From Candidatus Wukongarchaeum yapensis (GTDB lineage Archaea; Asgardarchaeota; Wukongarchaeia; Wukongarchaeales; Wukongarchaeaceae), in contig JAEOSI010000139.1 in the NCBI GenBank assembly GCA_016840425.1, positions 1 to 6,193 of the forward strand: a DNA stretch of 6,193 bases. The letters are read 5' to 3'. Every line of letters starts with the position of its first letter. Within the stretch, counting starts at the first letter, position 1. The notes beneath the pieces were generated by a model, which made no database searches, had not been told where the DNA came from, and worked only from the letters and a program-made list of their open reading frames with translations. Of the stretch, positions 3,896-6,193 are shown one piece after another. The position numbers and the translations under genes were made by a program.

Positions 3896-6112
3896 ATGAC
3901 CTTGCTTGCGTCTAAAGAAAGGGAAGGGGCTTTAGAACTGTTACCAAAAGTTAGGAGAAGTGACGGCCAAATACTGCCTTTCGATGAAAAGTTTATCGTG
4001 GAATCACTTCTCCGAGAAACAAGTCTTGCAGAAGAAATTTACGGGTGCGCTCCTATAACTAGAAAAGAGGCCAAAGAAGTAGCAGGTGACGTGAAAGAAG
4101 AAATTAAAAGATTAAAATTAGAGTTCTTATCAGGCCCACTAATTCGGGAGCTTGTCTGTGTGAAACTCCTAGAAAAAAGCAGCGAAGACAAAAAATATGC
4201 ATGGTACAGAAACTGCATAACTAGGGTAGGTGTACCTCTCCACGAACTATACCTCATGGATAAAAGCGCCGGATATGAAGCAAGAGAAAACGCTAACCTC
4301 CAACCAAACCCTGAAAGCATACACAAAAAGAAAGCAGACATGCTCTCAAAAGAAGCCTATTTCCTCCTAATACCACCCAGATTAGCAGACGCCCATCTCA
4401 AAGGAGACATCCATATCCACGACCTAGAATATTTTGGAACAAGGCCTTTTTGCCAAGACCACGACCTAAGATACTTCTTCCGCTACGGTCTCCTCTCAGA
4501 CGGAAGAGGCGTTCAAACAAGCGTAGCCGGACCAGCAAAACACGCAGAAGTAGCCATCCTCCACGCAGTAAAAGTACTAGCAAGCGCACAAACCAATTTC
4601 GCAGGAGGCCAAGGCCTATATGGCTTCACATACCTCGTTGCTCCATACCTCTCTGGACTAAACTATAAACGCATAAGACAACTCTCACAAATGTTGCTTT
4701 TCGAGTTGTCAGAGAGCTACGTAGCAAGGGGCGGTCAGCTTGTTTTTAGTTCTATACAGATTGAGAGTGGCGTTCCGAAGATATGGAGAGACGTACCTAT
4801 CGTAAAAGCGGGAAAGGTTGGTTCTGAGACCTATGGAGATTTTGAAGAAGAAACAAATCTTTTTGCAAAAGCTCTCTTAGAGGAGTATCTTAAGGGTGAT
4901 TATCGGGGGAAAATGTTTCCCTTCCCAAAGCCAGAGATTGCCTTAAGACCCTATTATTTCAAGAAACCAGAGTATAAAGAGGTCTTGGATCTTGCTGCAG
5001 AACTTAGTGCAAAGTATGGCACTAGTTACTATGATAATATGATACCGGAATATCGTGGTGGAGAGGATGGGGTTTCTTGTTATCAGTGTTGTGCTTATAA
5101 TTTCTCAGAGGGGCCTAATAGTGAGGGTTTCGAAGATAGGCTCTATTTTAATGATGGAGACCATTTTTCAATGGGTGGCATGCAAGTTGTAACCATTAAC
5201 ATGCCAAGGCTTGCTTTCGAAGCTAATGGAAATGATGACCTTCTTTTTGAAAAACTTAGGGAGCGTATGGAAATTGCAAAGGAGATTCACTTGCTTAAAA
5301 GAAGTCTCATATTCACTCAGGCAGAAAACGGGTTGATACCTTTTGCTACTCAGCGGCCTAATGGTGCTCCTCCAGCCGTGAATCTTGAAGGATTGGCTTC
5401 CACTATAGGTACAATTGGAATGAATGAGCTTGTACAGCATCATATGGGAGAAGAGCTTCATGAGAGTGCTGACGCTTTAAGGTTTGCTATAAAAATTGTT
5501 ATTGAGATGGGGAAAATAGCACAAGAGTTTGAGGAGGAAACGGGTGTTTCTTTTGCCGTCTCCAGAACTCCCGCAGAAAGTGCTGCTCAAAGGCTTGCTG
5601 TTGCTGACCTAATTCACTACCCAGAAATAGCGCATAAATATGTTAAGGGAGACTTAAATGGTTGGCGTGAAAAAATACAAGTTTCAAGGGATCTCCCCGT
5701 TTACTATACCAATGGTTGTATGGTAAATCATAGTGCTCCAGTGCCCTTGTTTAAGCGGATGAATATTGAGCAAAAATTCTTTCCAGCCCTTAGTGGAGGA
5801 AACATTTTTCACGCATGGTTGGGCGAAGCTTACCCGAATCCGGACGCTTTAGCCAAGTTAAACGAAAAAATTGCTAATCAAACATGGATAGGTTACTTCA
5901 GTCACACCAAAGATATCAGTGTCTGTAATAACTGTAGCCAAGTTTATTCAGGATGGATTGAAACATGTTTCAATTGTAAGTCAAGAGATATAACCTCGTA
6001 CAGCAGGATAACTGGCTATTATCAGGCCGTTCACGCTTGGAATGAGGGTAAGAAGCAAGAACTAAGGGACAGATACAGGACAAAAGTTTCCGACCTACTA
6101 CCTGACTTATAA
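3896..6112 (+). CDS. nrdD: Class III (anaerobic, glycyl-radical) ribonucleoside-triphosphate reductase with N-terminal ATP-cone
   Basis: The ORF is open from TTG 3860. ATG 3896 is preferred because it follows purine-rich AGGAAG (3881-3886) and the extra 12 codons look non-conserved. Motifs: ATP-cone (LPKVRRSDG...F...SGPLIRELV), GDIHIHDL, PFC (Cys codon 4451), finger-loop YQCC (5081-5092), RTPAES, Zn site CNNC/CFNC, and glycyl-radical motif YSRITGYY (Gly codon 6014-6016). Confidence 0.96.
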   Translation: MTLLASKEREGALELLPKVRRSDGQILPFDEKFIVESLLRETSLAEEIYGCAPITRKEAKEVAGDVKEEIKRLKLEFLSGPLIRELVCVKLLEKSSEDKKYAWYRNCITRVGVPLHELYLMDKSAGYEARENANLQPNPESIHKKKADMLSKEAYFLLIPPRLADAHLKGDIHIHDLEYFGTRPFCQDHDLRYFFRYGLLSDGRGVQTSVAGPAKHAEVAILHAVKVLASAQTNFAGGQGLYGFTYLVAPYLSGLNYKRIRQLSQMLLFELSESYVARGGQLVFSSIQIESGVPKIWRDVPIVKAGKVGSETYGDFEEETNLFAKALLEEYLKGDYRGKMFPFPKPEIALRPYYFKKPEYKEVLDLAAELSAKYGTSYYDNMIPEYRGGEDGVSCYQCCAYNFSEGPNSEGFEDRLYFNDGDHFSMGGMQVVTINMPRLAFEANGNDDLLFEKLRERMEIAKEIHLLKRSLIFTQAENGLIPFATQRPNGAPPAVNLEGLASTIGTIGMNELVQHHMGEELHESADALRFAIKIVIEMGKIAQEFEEETGVSFAVSRTPAESAAQRLAVADLIHYPEIAHKYVKGDLNGWREKIQVSRDLPVYYTNGCMVNHSAPVPLFKRMNIEQKFFPALSGGNIFHAWLGEAYPNPDALAKLNEKIANQTWIGYFSHTKDISVCNNCSQVYSGWIETCFNCKSRDITSYSRITGYYQAVHAWNEGKKQELRDRYRTKVSDLLPDL

Positions 6113-6135
6113 GTTAACATGTTGATAAATTGATA

Positions 6136-6193
6136 GAATTTTTTGGTTTTTTTCCTTTTTCTTTTTTGAAAAAGTTTGGTTTTATCTTTTTTT
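6136..6193 (+). terminator. Oligo-T tracts after nrdD (candidate archaeal intrinsic terminator)
   Basis: Several runs of 4-8 T start about 25 nt after the nrdD stop. Archaeal intrinsic termination uses U-tracts, but this region is also generally T-rich. Confidence 0.4.

Noticed and set aside
4039-5461. ORFs 4039-4341, 4398-4589, 4450-4668 and 5168-5461 within nrdD
   Set aside because: Antisense or alternate-frame shadows. The Arg/Ser/Leu-rich ones coincide with the A/C-skewed codon block.
3860-6112. Intein or intron in nrdD or hef
   Set aside because: Both proteins are of ordinary length with contiguous motifs. I see no C/S...HN-C/S/T splice junctions or LAGLIDADG blocks.

Overview
This is an archaeal-looking chromosomal window with three supported genes. 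(1) A minus-strand gene for a 147-aa protein with two N-terminal transmembrane helices and a C-terminal AN1-type zinc finger (46-489). (2) A full-length Hef/FANCM-family SF2 helicase fused to an ERCC4/XPF nuclease and HhH2 domain (1256-3634). (3) A class III anaerobic ribonucleotide reductase NrdD with an N-terminal ATP-cone (ORF 3860-6112, likely start 3896). The least explained part is the 766-bp divergent spacer at 490-1255. Inside AT-rich flanks (about 19-23% GC by hand count) sits a roughly 250-bp island of about 49% GC. It follows a symmetric BRE-TATA-BRE-like element and contains mutually exclusive hairpins, a 14-bp stem-loop, a four-tract G-quadruplex motif and a 21-bp tandem duplication. 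I cannot assign it to a known RNA or mobile-element family from sequence alone. The genes also show abrupt intragenic switches between G/T-ending and A/C-ending codons. All counts are by hand, and no database searches or folding programs were run.
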